A DNA stretch of 51,168 bases from Anthoceros angustus (lineage: Eukaryota; Plantae; Anthocerotophyta): positions 1-51,168 of the forward strand of contig VJWM01000339.1 in NCBI GenBank assembly GCA_010909165.1, read 5' to 3'. The notes below the pieces were generated by a model. The model was given only the letters and a program-made list of their open reading frames with translations. It was not told the DNA's origin and made no database searches. Positions within the stretch are counted from its first letter, which is position 1, and each line of letters opens with the position of its first letter. The position numbers and the translations under genes are program-made. Shown here one piece after another: positions 10,700 to 23,815 of this stretch.

Positions 10700-11670
10700 T
10701 GGCCATGACCTTGTCATGGCATGGCACTTCCTTGGTCATCGCCACTCAAATCGCATTGCAAACACTTGTCCTTGGGTCACGAAATGGTCATAAAAACGGG
10801 ACTATATATGGCATGCATGGAGGAATGGCATACGTGGACAAGGAAGGTTTCGAGGCACTGGCACAAACACGAAGTAGGGGAAGGTGGCATGGCAAGGCAA
10901 GGAGCCAACAGATGGCATGCATAGTCCCCTTCTTGGATGGAAGCACGGCAAGGATGGTCCTAGCGCAAGTGAGGTGGGCACTGTGGAGAATGCGGATTCA
11001 AATCAAGTGGAGAGGGTGGATGATCAAGGGAGTGGAGGCGGCGAGAGAGGTGTCGGAGGGAGCAACTTCCAGCAGGAGTCTGCCAAAGAGGAGGACGATG
11101 CCGAGAGAAAGCGGCCGCAAGGGAGTGGGTGTCTCTAATAGGTGGGAGCTACTGAGCCGCTTGCGCAGGAGAGAATCCAAAACTTTCGGAGGAGGAATCG
11201 CCAGGCCGTGACATCGGAGGGAGGAGGAATTTGGCGTGAGTCCGGAAAGAGGACTGTGGTGATCGGGAGGAGCATGGTGGTGCCGCCCAAGAGGCCGACC
11301 GTGTGGCGAGAGAGAGGCCATTGGTCTTGTGGACCTTCCGTGGCGATGGATAACCCCAACAACGTGGGAGGAGGATGCCTGTGGAGGGAGGAAACTGCCT
11401 GGGAGTGAGACTGCCCATTGGAGGAGGCGGTTGCGGAGGGCCAAGGAACGTGCATATGATGGTCGGAGGACGGTGAGGAGAAGGACACGGCGAATGATGG
11501 GGAAAGCGCAAGCGAGGAGGCGATGTGGAGATGGCGGATGATGAGGTGGAGACATACCGACTACATTGCCACTACCGAAATTGGAGAATTGATGGAGCAC
11601 GGTAAGCCACTAGACGACGCCATTGCCGCGGTTGTGTGCCGCATGGGCGTGGTGGAGTGTACATGGTCGT
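10700..11670 (+). pseudogene. Second, divergently oriented coding-like segment in repeat M (unknown product)
   Basis: Protein-like text recurs in all three copies: KHLSLGHEMVIKSGDYIWHAWRNGIVDKEGF...VPFLDGSTAKDGP...acidic tract...DDEVETYRLHCHYEIGELMERWKPDD. No family recognised. Confidence 0.3.
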
Positions 11671-12989
11671 GAGCTTATGCGATGGAGGTTGGGTGGAGAA
11701 TGAGGAGTTGACGGTTGGTGCGATGGGTGATATGTAGGACGTGAGCTCTAAGTGATGTGTGCATGACTAGGGAAGAAGGGAAGGAAAGCGGTGGAAGGTG
11801 AAGGCCATGTCGAAGGAAGGCATGAGATACTAGTGGAGAGAAGGAAGATGGAGGAAAGGTGGCTGGGGGCCACCGTGATGCCGGAGGCAACGAGATGGTG
11901 GGGAACGGATGTGGGAGCGGGAGCGCTGGAGAGATGGTGGGGAACTGGATGTGGGAGCGGAGCAGGAGAGATGGTGGGGAACCCGGATGGATGAGAGAAT
12001 GGGAGCGCATGCCGAATGCAACTGGAAAACAACCGCGGGTGGGCCGCTTTGTGGAGGGAATGTGAATGTTCGAGCCATTTTCTTGCGACGGAGTCGCCAA
12101 GACGTGGTGGACCGGTGATGGTCAATCAACAACAAAGATGGAATTGGTATTCCCACCTTTATAGCCTAGCATTTACAGGGTCCTTCGCCGTGAAAGTGGT
12201 GATTGAGGTCATGGATAGGTCTAGGAAGTTGTGGAGGAACCCCAAAAACAATGGTGTTGGTCTCAAGAGTCACCAAGTGACGCCGCAAGACGCATATGGC
12301 CATATCACTTGGAAGACGACATGTTTGTAGATAAAGCCAATTGCATCGGTGGCAACAAAGCCACCGATGCCGAAAGGGATAGAGGACGCTTGAACTATCC
12401 AAAATTCCAATTAATTTGTCAATAAAATCAAACACTTATATATGCAAGGTATGAGAGTGACGGGTTAGCACATATATACTATATAAACAAGTCTTTATAT
12501 ACGATATATATACGATACAAAGGAGGCATACACTAATATAATATAAGTATAATGATGGATGTGTACATATATATGTACACATACTTATGTCTTGAAGCCT
12601 ACAATACATATATATGTATACAAAGGATATGCAAAGGAGGTAAAATAGGAAGGGAAGGACAGCCCAAGAGAGAGGTCATGTTGCAAGAGGAAGAGGGAAG
12701 AGTATAAAATGGTTGTGATAGGGGAGGTCCTTCTACATGAAGGAGGAGGAGAAGTGAAAGAGTATAAAAGGGTGTGATAAGGGGAGCAATAACTAGCGGT
12801 GAGGTGAGAGGAGAGAGACCAAGCATTGTGTTAAGATGGGGTGAGAAGGTGGATAAGAAATTGACACCGAACACCAAGCCACCAAAGAGTGTTGCAATTT
12901 TGAAGTGGTACATGAAGTGAGAGACCAAGCATTGTGTTAGGATGGTGGGAGAAGGAAGAGAAAGAATGGACCAACTTAACACCAAGCAT

Positions 12990-14495
12990 TGTGGAGTGAT
13001 TTTCTAAACAAGTGGTCACAAAGAGGCCACATTTACCCTCTTATCGCTGTAGACTTGAGATTCGTACCCAAGGGAGTGATTTCGTGTCAAGACAACCAAA
13101 ACATAGCCAATCCAACCAAACATGTACATACAAAACATCTAGCAGCGCAAAGCTACTATCCTAACAACACTCGGGACTGTATATCTTAGCCATCGACCTC
13201 GCTTACCTTAGCAACGATCAATCTTGCTATCTTAGCAACCACCCTCTATTTTAGCAGAGTGGGACCCATCTCGCCCAGCTCATTATTAGAAGGTGGTGCA
13301 CTTGGGGTCCAAGTGGATAAGATTGACACCTCTCTCTTATCCTTCCACAAAGTCGATCCACCAACTGGTTGCCGATCACACACCCACCTCCTTACTCGTA
13401 ACACTTCCTGCATCTCTCTTCTTCCCTCCAACCTTTCAGCTTTCCTCCCAAGCTCATGGGCCCTCCTGTGCCTCAGCCTCGAGGTACCTCTTGCATCTCT
13501 CTCCATACTCCCCAAGTTCCTCCGCAACTCCCTTCCGGCCCTTGTTCTCACACCTCACGGCCTCATTCAATCCCCACTTTCTCAAGAAACATCACTCATT
13601 CTCCAATCCTCTTACTTCCATGCCCAATCAAGAACTCCCCATGTTCATTGCTCCACTCCTCTCACAGCCACTTTTCGCCACATTTTCCAAGCATACAAAC
13701 CCACGGACTCGTCCTCACTTCACCTCTCTTCCACCCACAGCTCCCCGCCTTGTCTCCTTTTCCCACATGACCTTCGACACCTCAAAAACTCAACACAAGG
13801 TGAGTACTAGACAAGTCAAGAGAATGAGTAAGAGAATGGACAGCCTCCCGCCTCACAATCCCCTTCCTCTTATCCTTGGGAACTCCTCCAAGGAGATCAC
13901 CGTCTCCTCCCTTGCTTTCCACCACTCTTATGGATCCGGGTCACACAGATCCGGGCAACTTGGTAGTCTTCTCGGCTCCCCGTGATGTAGAAACAAAGGT
14001 GTCAGACTCACAAGACGGATCCGTACCAAACCCCGTGCTCACCCCAAACACCGAGACTTTAGCCAACATTGCTTACATTTCATCAAGAGGCCCTCTATAC
14101 CCAAGGTCAAAGCACGGCCGCCAAAATACCAATCGGCCTTTTAGTCTACCAAGCCTAGAGGCCTATCTCTTAATTCTATCCACTATGAGGGAAGATTAGT
14201 CTATAACACATGGGCCTTCACTATTCCAGGGCCACTTACCCCTATTATCCCTCCCGGCCTCCTAGGCCGCCTAGCCCCATGTTCTCCTCTTGCTCTTCTC
14301 CTCTTGGCTGGTTGGGCAATCTCCCACAAGATCTCCACCTCGAGCTGGACTCCTCCTCTCCTGTGGCTCGATAGCTCCTGGTACTCCTCCTCATGAGCTC
14401 TTGAACTGGATGGGTCGGCCGAGAGTCTCTGTAAGAGTCCAACCCATAGGTAGGATCCAAGGCCCGCCAAGGCATGGATCATACCTCCATGTCCC
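12990..14495 (-). mobile_element. Partial LTR (3' 1.5 kb, 'beta' subtype), minus strand
   Basis: Starts TGTGGAGTGATTTTCT (reverse complement of the LTR 3' end). It is truncated at a junction with M copy 2 at ~14490. Confidence 0.85.
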
Positions 14496-17400
14496 CCCCG
14501 CCCCCTCGGCCTCCTTCCTCCCAAGCCCCTTCCGCCATGCATTCCTTGATAGCCTCTCGTCCATGTCACCACCTCGTGCACCATCGTTGCCTCCCACCCC
14601 TTCCTTCCGTCGTCTCGGAAAGGCCACCATATCGGATCCATCTTCAATTCAATGTCGTTAAGCAAAATGGTCATTTCCTTGTTCTCCTTGCAATAGCCGA
14701 ACCTCTAGGATCTTTTCATACACTCCCTATCTTACTGAAGGAACTCGAGGTAACCCCACTATCGCCTTTCACGATTTCCACCCTTTCCCTTCTAGCCGCC
14801 ACCGTCCTCGAAGGTTGCCTCCCTTGTCTCAAGCTTGAACGCTGCCCGGCATGCAGTGCACATGTGTTACCGTTTGTCCACCATGCCCACTCATCCGGCC
14901 GCAAACTTGAGCGTGTGCACACTTTGCGTCACTTGCCGTTAACGCAGTCGAAACCCACCTCATCCAATGTAAATAGCTCTTCATCTATTTCACTTCCTCA
15001 CCGTGCTCCAACTCCGCATCCGTGGGAGGTTCCACTCAAAGTCGTCAAAATCAAGTGGGCTCGGCCATGTCGCCCTCGCCTCTTACCTCTCTGCCGTCTT
15101 GACGAGGCCGCTTCTTCACATCGCCGATGTCGAATGGAGACCGGGGTGCGGTGGATGGAGATAGAGGCCATTTGGCCCCTCATCCTCCCCACCCGGATAT
15201 GCATTCGGCGGGCCGTCCGACTATGGTGTTCGCAGCGCCTTCATACGTGACTCCCCTAGCAAGCTTCACCTCGCCATACTCCCCATCCTGTGAACCGGTT
15301 GTCCACCACCTTCGTGCCATGCTGAAGGCAATGGCTTCCCTCAGTGAAAGGTGCGGGCCATGAGTCCCGCCGAATTCAAGGCTGCTATTTTGAAAAGCTT
15401 TGTTTGCAAAGGCCCAGTGGTTGTCATTTACTCCTCTTGGCGGACGGCCTGTGCACATGCTACTTGCCCATAATCGAACAATTTTACCACAACCTGACCT
15501 TGCGGACTTGGGAGCAAGTTTCATGTCCCATTAGTTCTGACGTTACTCATGATGTATTATATTGCCCACATGGCGCCGCTCTCAATCGCCCATTCGCATT
15601 TTACCATTAATCATCGTCTTCCACGACCAAAGATTGCCTTGTGCATCCGGAGGGAGGAGACAATAGACTATATAACCTGCAAACCAATCACCATACATGA
15701 TTTATTCCACTTTCAACGCGTGACTCGAGTAGCGTGCGGGTGACTTGTCATGTCGGTCAGCGGTATGGACGGGCACCAAACCATACCATCCATTCCGCCA
15801 AGTAGACAAGGCAGTCATCGAGTTTTATTGCGTGACAGCATGGGAAGTACAAGTAGTGATCAAGGATGAAGGACTTTCCCATCCCAATGTTTAATTACGG
15901 TAAGCATATGTCCCCACATTGTGAGGTATAAACCGTCCCTCCTGCCACCCATGCCGTGCCCGAGGCAGCAGAGCCAAGGGATCGCCCTCCATACCAGTCC
16001 TTGATGGCCAGGAGAGCAACCTCCCATCCATCATCCTCGATGGCCATCATTGACGGAATTGCAGCCCTTGTCCTTAATGGCCATCGTCGGTTTCCACCAC
16101 AATAATGTGCACACACTTCTGCAATGATCCACAAACAGACACATGTCAGGCAGCGGAAGGCGGCGGTTTTGACTTATGCGGATTCCACAAACACTTTAGC
16201 CTGCAGGCATGGACTTGTAGGTAGGCGAATAGGGCCAAAAAAAGTGTTCACATCCGGCCTCACAGCTGAACCCCAGCCATACCGTGTGTGGTCACCAGAA
16301 CACCATGCCGCACCATGTGGAAGGACCACCTCGCCACCGAGCAGCAAGTCCCCACGAGGATAGCCACGATGAGAGCTGCTCACGCCATGAGGCGGTGACA
16401 CCGCCTCCAACCTTTGCAAAGGATCCTTGATGGCCATCAGCAGATTTCTAGTTGTGCACGAAGATGGAGACATGAACACACGCCTGGTGCGAACTACCAC
16501 TCCACGCCCATTTAGGTTTCCGACGGAAGCTAGCTCGGCATACGTCAACATGTCCGTCATACATGGCATAAGGTAGCAGGAGGCGCCCTGCAGCATGTTT
16601 CCTGAAGGCAGGCTCGCCCGCTGCGAGGATGACCAAGAGAAAGGTAGTAGCGTGAGCGAGGGCAAGGTGGTGACATTTAAAGCGGACCACCACCTTCTGA
16701 CCTCTTGTGCCCCAGGCCACATCGGGTTGCGGATGAGAGGATCTTGAATTTCAAGCTATTCCTTACATGTGACAAACCAAACATGGCGGCTTTGATGGTG
16801 CCGTCGACCAACGATGATTCTTTGGTAAATGCAATGAGTGTGAAGTGGCGTGCGCGGCCATAAAGGAGCCGGAATAAGTTTGTTTTCATGTCTCCTAAGG
16901 GAAATCCTTTGCGGCAGTGCGACGCCATAGTGACGTCAGCCGTCACCCTAGCATGGTGCCGGGGCGTGAATACATTATCGTTACGCCATGTGACGCATGA
17001 TTGGTGGAGAGCGGGAGTCTCGAACGATGGACATCATTATCTAGGAGAACGGAATTGGCATATATATGGCAAATTCACATACGGACGGTCCTTCATTCAT
17101 GGCATAATGAAAGGGGCATTTAGTTTGCTTGAATGGCTCTCACGTGCCACCCACCGTCCTTGCACAATGGTGTAGATGTTGATATAGATTATTCAAAGCG
17201 ATTGGAGCAGTAGCGTCTGTCGGTTCAAACGACCTTGGTGGCATGTTTTCTTCCATGCCATGAGTTTTCAATTATTCTAATGGCTTGCACCCACCTTCCT
17301 TGGACCATGGTGGAGGGAGAATTTTATTTGAGAGAAAGGGAACCATTGTCCTTGGTTCATGGCGAGTTGTAAGATGGCCATGACCTTGTCATGGCATGGC

Positions 17401-19686
17401 ACTTCCTTGGTCATACTCAAATCGCATTGCAAACACTTGTCCTTGGGTCACGAAATGGTCATAAAAAGCGGGGACTATATATGGCATGCATGGAGGAATG
17501 GCATCGTGGACAAGGAAGGTTTTGTTTTGCGCCTTGCAAACACTGCGAGGAAGGTGGCATGGCAAGGCAAGGAGCCGGTGGCATGCCACGTAGTCCCCTT
17601 CTTGGATGGAAGCACGGCGAAGGATGGTCCTAGCGGCAAGTGAGGTGGGCACGCACTGGAGAATGCGGATTCAAAGTGGAGGGTGGATGATCATCGTGGG
17701 CAGGAGGCGGCGAGAGGTGTCGGGTCTTTGGAGGGAGCAACTTGTGGAGTCTGCGCCAAGAGGAGGACGATCTGAGAAAGCGGCCGCAAGGGGGTGGGTG
17801 TCTCTAATAGGTGGGAGCTAAAGCTGCTTCTGCAGAGAGAATCCAAAACTTTCGGAGGAGGAATCGGCCGTGACATCGGGAGAGGAGGAGGAATTTGGCG
17901 TGAGTCAGGAGAAAGAGGACTGGTGATCGGGAGGAGCATGGTGGTGCGAGGCCGACCGTGTGGTGGCGAGAGAGGCCATTGGTCTTGTGGACTTGGTGGC
18001 GATGGATAACCCCAACAACGTGGGAGGAGGATGCCGGAGGAGGAAGCTGCCACAGGAGTGGGCGGTCTCTTGGAGGCGGTTGCGGAGGCGGGCCAAGGAA
18101 CGTGCATATGATGGTCAGGAGGACGGTGAGGAGAAGGACACCAGTGGCAGCAATGATGGGGAAAGCAAGCGAGGCGGATGTGGAGATGGCGGATGATGAG
18201 GTGGAGACATACCGACTACATTGCCACTACCTGAAATTGGAGAATTGATGGGCGGTTGGCGGTAAGCCACTAGGCAGCGTCATTGCCGTGTTGTGCGGTG
18301 CATGGGCGTGGTGGAGTGTACATGGCTGTGAGCCGGTTATGCGATGGAGGTTGGGTGGAGAATGAGGAGTTGGTTGGTGCGGCGTGGTGATATGTAGGAC
18401 GTGAGCTCTAAGTGATGTGTGCATGACTACGGGGAAGAAGGGAAGGAAAGGCGGTGGAAGGTGAAGGCCATGTCGGGAAGGAAGGCACGGATACTAGTGG
18501 AGAGAAGGAAGATGGAGGAAAGGTGGCAAGCAGGGGGCACCGTCAAGTGATCTGGAGGCAACGTAGATGGTGGGGAACGGATGTGGGGCGGGGGGGAGAT
18601 GGTGGGGAACTGGATGTGGGAGCGGGAGCACCTGAGAGATGGTGGGGAACACGGATGGATGAGAGAATGCGGGGCGCATGCGAATCTGAAAACAACCGTG
18701 GCGTGGGTGGGCCGTTTGTGGAGGGAATGTGAATGTTCGAGCCATTTTCTTGCGTGGAGTCGCCAAGATGCGTGGGTGGACCGGTGATGGTCAATCGGCA
18801 ACAAGCAGATGGAATTGGTATTCCCACCTTTATAGCCTAGCATTTACAGGGTCCTTCGCCGTGAAAGTGGTGATTGAGGCCTGGATAGGTCTAGGAAGTT
18901 GTGGAGGAACCACGAAAACAATGGTGTTGGTCGAAGAGTCACCAAGTGGCGTGCAAACGCATATATATCACTTGGAAGGCGTACATGTTTGTAGATAAAG
19001 CCAATTGCATCGGTGGCAACAAAGCCACGATCTTTGAAAAAAGGATAGAGGGCTTGGTCCAAAATTCCAATTAATTTGTCAATAAAATCAAACACTTATA
19101 TATGCAAGGTATGAGAGTGACGTAAGGGTTAGCACATATATATTACTATATAAACAAGTCTTGACGCCTATATACATACATATACGTATACAAAGGAGGC
19201 ATATAAATACACTAATATAATAGAAGTATAACGGATGGATGTGTACATATATATGTACACATACTTATACTTATGTCTTGAAGCCTACAAACATATATAT
19301 AGGTATACAAAGGAGGTAAAAAGGAAGGAAGGACAGCCCAAGGGGAGAGAGGTCCATTGTAACAAGTTGCAAGAGGAATAGTGGAAGAGTATAAAATGGT
19401 TGTGATAGGGGTGGTCCTTCTCACGGTCATGATGGAGGAGGAGAAGTGAAAGAGTATAAAAGGGTGTGATAAGGGGGCAATAAATAGCGAGGGTGAGGTG
19501 AGAGGAGAGAGACCAAGCATTGTGTTAAGATGGGGTGAGAAGGTGGATAAGAAAAGGACACCATGAACACCAAGCCACCATAAAGTGTTGCAATTTTGAA
19601 GTGGTACATGAAGTGAGAGACCAAGCATTGTGTTAGGATGGTGGGAGAAGGAAGAGAAAGAATGGACCAACTTAACACCAAGCCAT
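14490..19686. mobile_element. Repeat M copy 2 (partial, equivalent to 7851-12989)
   Basis: Collinear with copy 1 from TGTCCC..CCCTCGGCCT through to the M|LTR junction. Confidence 0.8.
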
Positions 19687-22600
19687 TGTGGAGTGATTTT
19701 CTAAACCAAGTGGTCACAAAGAGGCCACATTTACCCTCTTTATCGTTGTAGACTTGAGATTCGCACCCAAGGGAGTGATTTCAAGACAACCAAAACATAG
19801 CCAATCCAACCAAACATGACATACAAAACATCTAGCACATGACAGCTACTATCCTAACAACACTGCACTGTGGCTATCTTAGCCACGCTGTTACCTTAGC
19901 AACGGACCGACCCGGTTATCTTAGCAACCACCCTCTATTTTAGCAGAGTGGGACCCATCTCGTCGCTATTAATAGAAGGGTGGGGCCCACTTGGGGGATC
20001 CAAGTGGATAAGATTGACACTCTCTCTTATCCTTCCACAAAGTCGATCCACCAATGTGGTTGCCGATCACACAACCCACCTCCTTACTCAACACTTCCCC
20101 ATCTCTTTCTTCCTCCAACCTTTCAGCCTCCCAAGCTTCATACAGCCTCCCCTGTGCTCTCACACCGAGGTACCTCTTGCATCTCTCCATACTCCCCAAG
20201 TTCCTCTGCAACCCCTTCCAAGGCCCTTGTTCTCACACTCACGGCCTCATTCAATCCCCACTTTCTCGAAACATCACTTACAGACTTCTCCAATCCTCTT
20301 ACTTCTCTCCACAGCCAATCAAGAACTCCCATGTTCAAATTCCCACTCCTCTCACGCTCACTTTTCACATTTTCCAAGCATACAAACCCACGACTCCCTC
20401 ACTTCACCCTTCTCTTCCACCCACACAGTTCCCGCCTTGTCTCCTTTTCCCACATGACCTTCGACACTCGAAAACTCAAACACAAGGTGAGTACTAGACA
20501 AGTCAAGAGAATGAGTAAGAGAATGGATGCCCTCCCGGCTTCACAACCCCTTCCTCTTATCCTTGGGAACTCCTCCAAGGAGACTGGCTCCTCCCTTGCT
20601 TTCCACCACTTGCGGATCTCACACGATCCGGGCAACTTGGTAGTCTTCTCCTCCTCACATGATAAAGGTGTCTAGACTCACAAGACTGGATCCGTACTCC
20701 AAACCCCGTGCTCACCCCCAAACACCGAGACTTTAGGCCAACATTGCTTACATTTCATCAAGAGGCCTCTTATACCCAAGATCGACCTAAAGTAGCTTGG
20801 CCTTGCCAAAAATACCAATCGCCTTAGCCTACCAATCAGAGGCCTATCTCTTAATTCTATCCACTATGAGGGAAGATTAGTCTATAACACATGGGCCTTC
20901 AGCTATTCCAGGCCACTTACCCCTATTATCCCTCCCGGGCCTCCTAGGCCGCCTAGCCCCATGTTCTCCTCTTTCTCTCCTCCCTCTTGGTTGGGCAATC
21001 TCTCCCACAAATCTCCACCTCCTCGAGCTGGACTCCTCCTCTCCCAGTGCTCGCCGCATAGCCTGCCTCCTCCCTGGTGAGCTCTTGAATCCGGATGGGT
21101 CGGCCGAGAGTCTCCTGTAAGAGTCCAACCCATAGGTAGGATCCAGGTTCCAAGGCATGGATCAAGTACCTCCATGTCCCGCCTCCTCGGCCTGCTTTGT
21201 CCTCCTCCCGGTCTGTCTCTTCCTTGTCGTGGCTTTGGTCTTGAGCTTGTTACGCTTGTTGCTTCCTAGCAATGTCGGCCGTTGCTTTCCCTAGCAACGG
21301 TTTCGCGTTGCTTGCTTAGCAACCTCCTCTTGCTAACTCGGCAATGATTCTTCCATGGAGCCTCGCCTCTTCCACGGTGGCCCTCCTTGCAATCCCGGCC
21401 CTCTTGGCCTCCTTCCAACCTTTCCTAGCCTCGTCCCCTCCTTCCGTAGCGCCGAGGGCATCCGAGGTTTCCACCGCACTTGTGCATCCGAACATTCTGC
21501 AGCCTCCTATGGTGCTGTGTGAGAGCCGAGCCATGAGGGCTTCGTCCTTAGACTCCGCCGCAACTCCTCGGACCTTCCCTATTTCCACTTCCAAGCTGCT
21601 AGGCGTCCCTCCAAGACCTCCTTCTCCTTCTTCATCTTCCTGAGCTCCTCCACCGCCTTGTTGCTTCCCTTGCCGCTACCAGAACCTAACAAGGAGAGGA
21701 CCAGAGCTATCTCGATCCTCCATCTCGCCCTAGTGCGTGCCATAGCGAAACCAACTCGAGGGTGATGTTAGGTCCCCACCTTGCCGGGAATGGGCTCCTC
21801 CTTCCTATCTCTGCCGCACTGCCCCGCCACAACTTCCGGTATACTTGAAAGCCACCCGCTGAATGTAGTCACTTTCGGACCCGGCCGTGCCCAAGGGTTG
21901 GGCCGATTCCTCCTGCTGACTGGTTTCCCCCCAGCTCCGGATATTGGTGCTGCCCGGCCTTGCCCTTGTCTTGCTTCCGCCTGTGAGCTCCCTGCAAGCG
22001 CTCAGTGGCTCTAGGTGTCGTTGGAGTCCCCTGCTGCTCCCTCCTTGGTCTTGGGGCCTTAGCAACGCAGCTGTTTTGTTAGCAACCGCTGGCCGACCTT
22101 AGCCACCCACATTCCTTTCATGGACACTTGGACTTCTCATCTTCACTCCCCACCGGAGATGGCCTCTTCCTCCGACTCCTCTTTGGGCTTCCTTCTTTCA
22201 AACACCGGCCTCCGTAAATGAAAGGTCGAGACCATCTCCATTCCTCCAAAGAACTCGGCATGGTCAAAACGTGGATTAAGAAGGGAGATAGAGCTGAGGG
22301 GCTAGGTGACAGGTCAAGTGGTTCTCCTCTCGCACGTGGTCATAGAACATCCTGCCCAATCTATCTTGGACCCTCTCACCACCTCAGAGAAAGACAAGGA
22401 AATGAGTCGAATGTGCTCTAGCTTCTTAGTGAGCCGAGAGCATGGATCCACTTGGCTAATCCAGCGCCTGTGGTCTAGCTTGTTGGTGACCCACCATTCT
22501 CCACTCTAGACAATGTGGGAGCAATGACCGCCAGGCCTCCTGCAGCCTTTTGAGGAGATGGTTTCTAAAGGGTCAATGATTATCCCGCCACATTCCTCTT

Positions 22601-23815
22601 CGTCTCTCATAAATGCCGAACAAATGAATATCCCACCGGGGTTGGTCCTCACGCTGCCTTCCCTATGGCCTTCTCCTCATGCGCCCGCACACTCCAAAAC
22701 CAACGAGGGCTATTGTAGCACCACTTTTTGTCCATGAAGGACAGTGATGCTTAGCCACCAAAGACCCTTCACTCTCCAAAGGTTCTATATTGGGCCATTG
22801 GGCAGAATGGCCTCAATGGCGACCGGAGTATTCTTCTTAGCGCTATGCCCCGTCCCAAATTCCCGCTAGCCCCGATCAAGATCGGAGGATCCCTGAACAC
22901 CGCCGGCCTCCACGGTGGCGGTGAGTGTCCTCACTGATTTTACTACCGGAATCCTCGAATCACTTAAACAAGACCTCGGTGCACTTGCCTCATATCCGGC
23001 TCGTGACCGGCTTTGGCCGATTATTCCAGCCCCTCGTGTTACTCCTGCTCCAAATGGCTACTCCCCAAGATGCCCAACGACTTTATGGACATGCTCCCGC
23101 CTCGGTTATAAGAATCCCTATGTTTTCCGACATTCCTCGAATGCTTCCAGACATGGCCCCGTCTCACCACACCCCGCTTCCACCAATTTTATGACAGCCT
23201 TACAGCCACTAATTGCCCTATCCAACCCACTTCCAACTTGCACGGCATACCCATAAAGACTAACCGCGCCCACCTCCAATCCCCTGACCACCAATCTCGA
23301 TTCGGTCCTCAAGGCTGTCATACGATGTCACGACCTGTGTACACCGCCTTGTGTCCTTCGCTCCCGCCTCACCCACAATTACGCCCGAGCTTGAGGCGCT
23401 GCCTTTCAATCCGCCTCGGATTCGATGCAAATCTCTTCCCGCCATCGTTTAATTGCCAATAGGACCCCTTACGCTTGGGTATTCCTTGTAATTCCATCCG
23501 ATTGATTTTCCAAGTCATTGGAAAGAAACTCCAACTTGGTTGCTACCATAGCAACAGCCCCGAGTTTGCTGTGGTCATAGCAACAGCCCCTTAGCAACGG
23601 CCCTAGCAACTGCTAGCAACCGGCCGAAAGCAGCCAACCCTCCGTGGTTCTCGTCTGTGATCGTGACTAGACCTCTTCCTCCTACTAGGCTCTAGTAGAC
23701 TTTTCTTATTTCCTAACCTACTTCACATTCCCACTCCACACGATTCTCGCAACTTAAACACAAAACAAAAAAACACCCTTTCCGAGGGGGTCTCGGGTAC
23801 CATGTGGTCACCATA
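19687..23815 (-). mobile_element. Full-length long (solo-like) LTR, beta subtype, minus strand
   Basis: Reverse complement of 37026-41185 along its whole length. The left end is TGTGGAGTG; the right end is CATGTGGTCACCA(T)A, the reverse complement of the LTR start. Confidence 0.85.
20953..22846 (-). pseudogene. LTR-embedded ORF (copy in minus-strand LTR; start codon reads ATA here)
   Basis: Homologous to 37991-39908; ends ...RRRTWG*. Confidence 0.45.

Larger units (their letters stand above)
6001..12989. mobile_element. Repeat M copy 1 (~7 kb), probable decayed Mutator-like DNA transposon
   Basis: Collinear copies at 14490-19686 (partial), 28991-35941 and 50568-50996 (inverted tip). Both ends are AT-rich and carry TGTTGCAATT-type motifs. 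An internal transposase-like frame lies on the minus strand. True termini, TIR and TSD were not identified. Confidence 0.55.
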
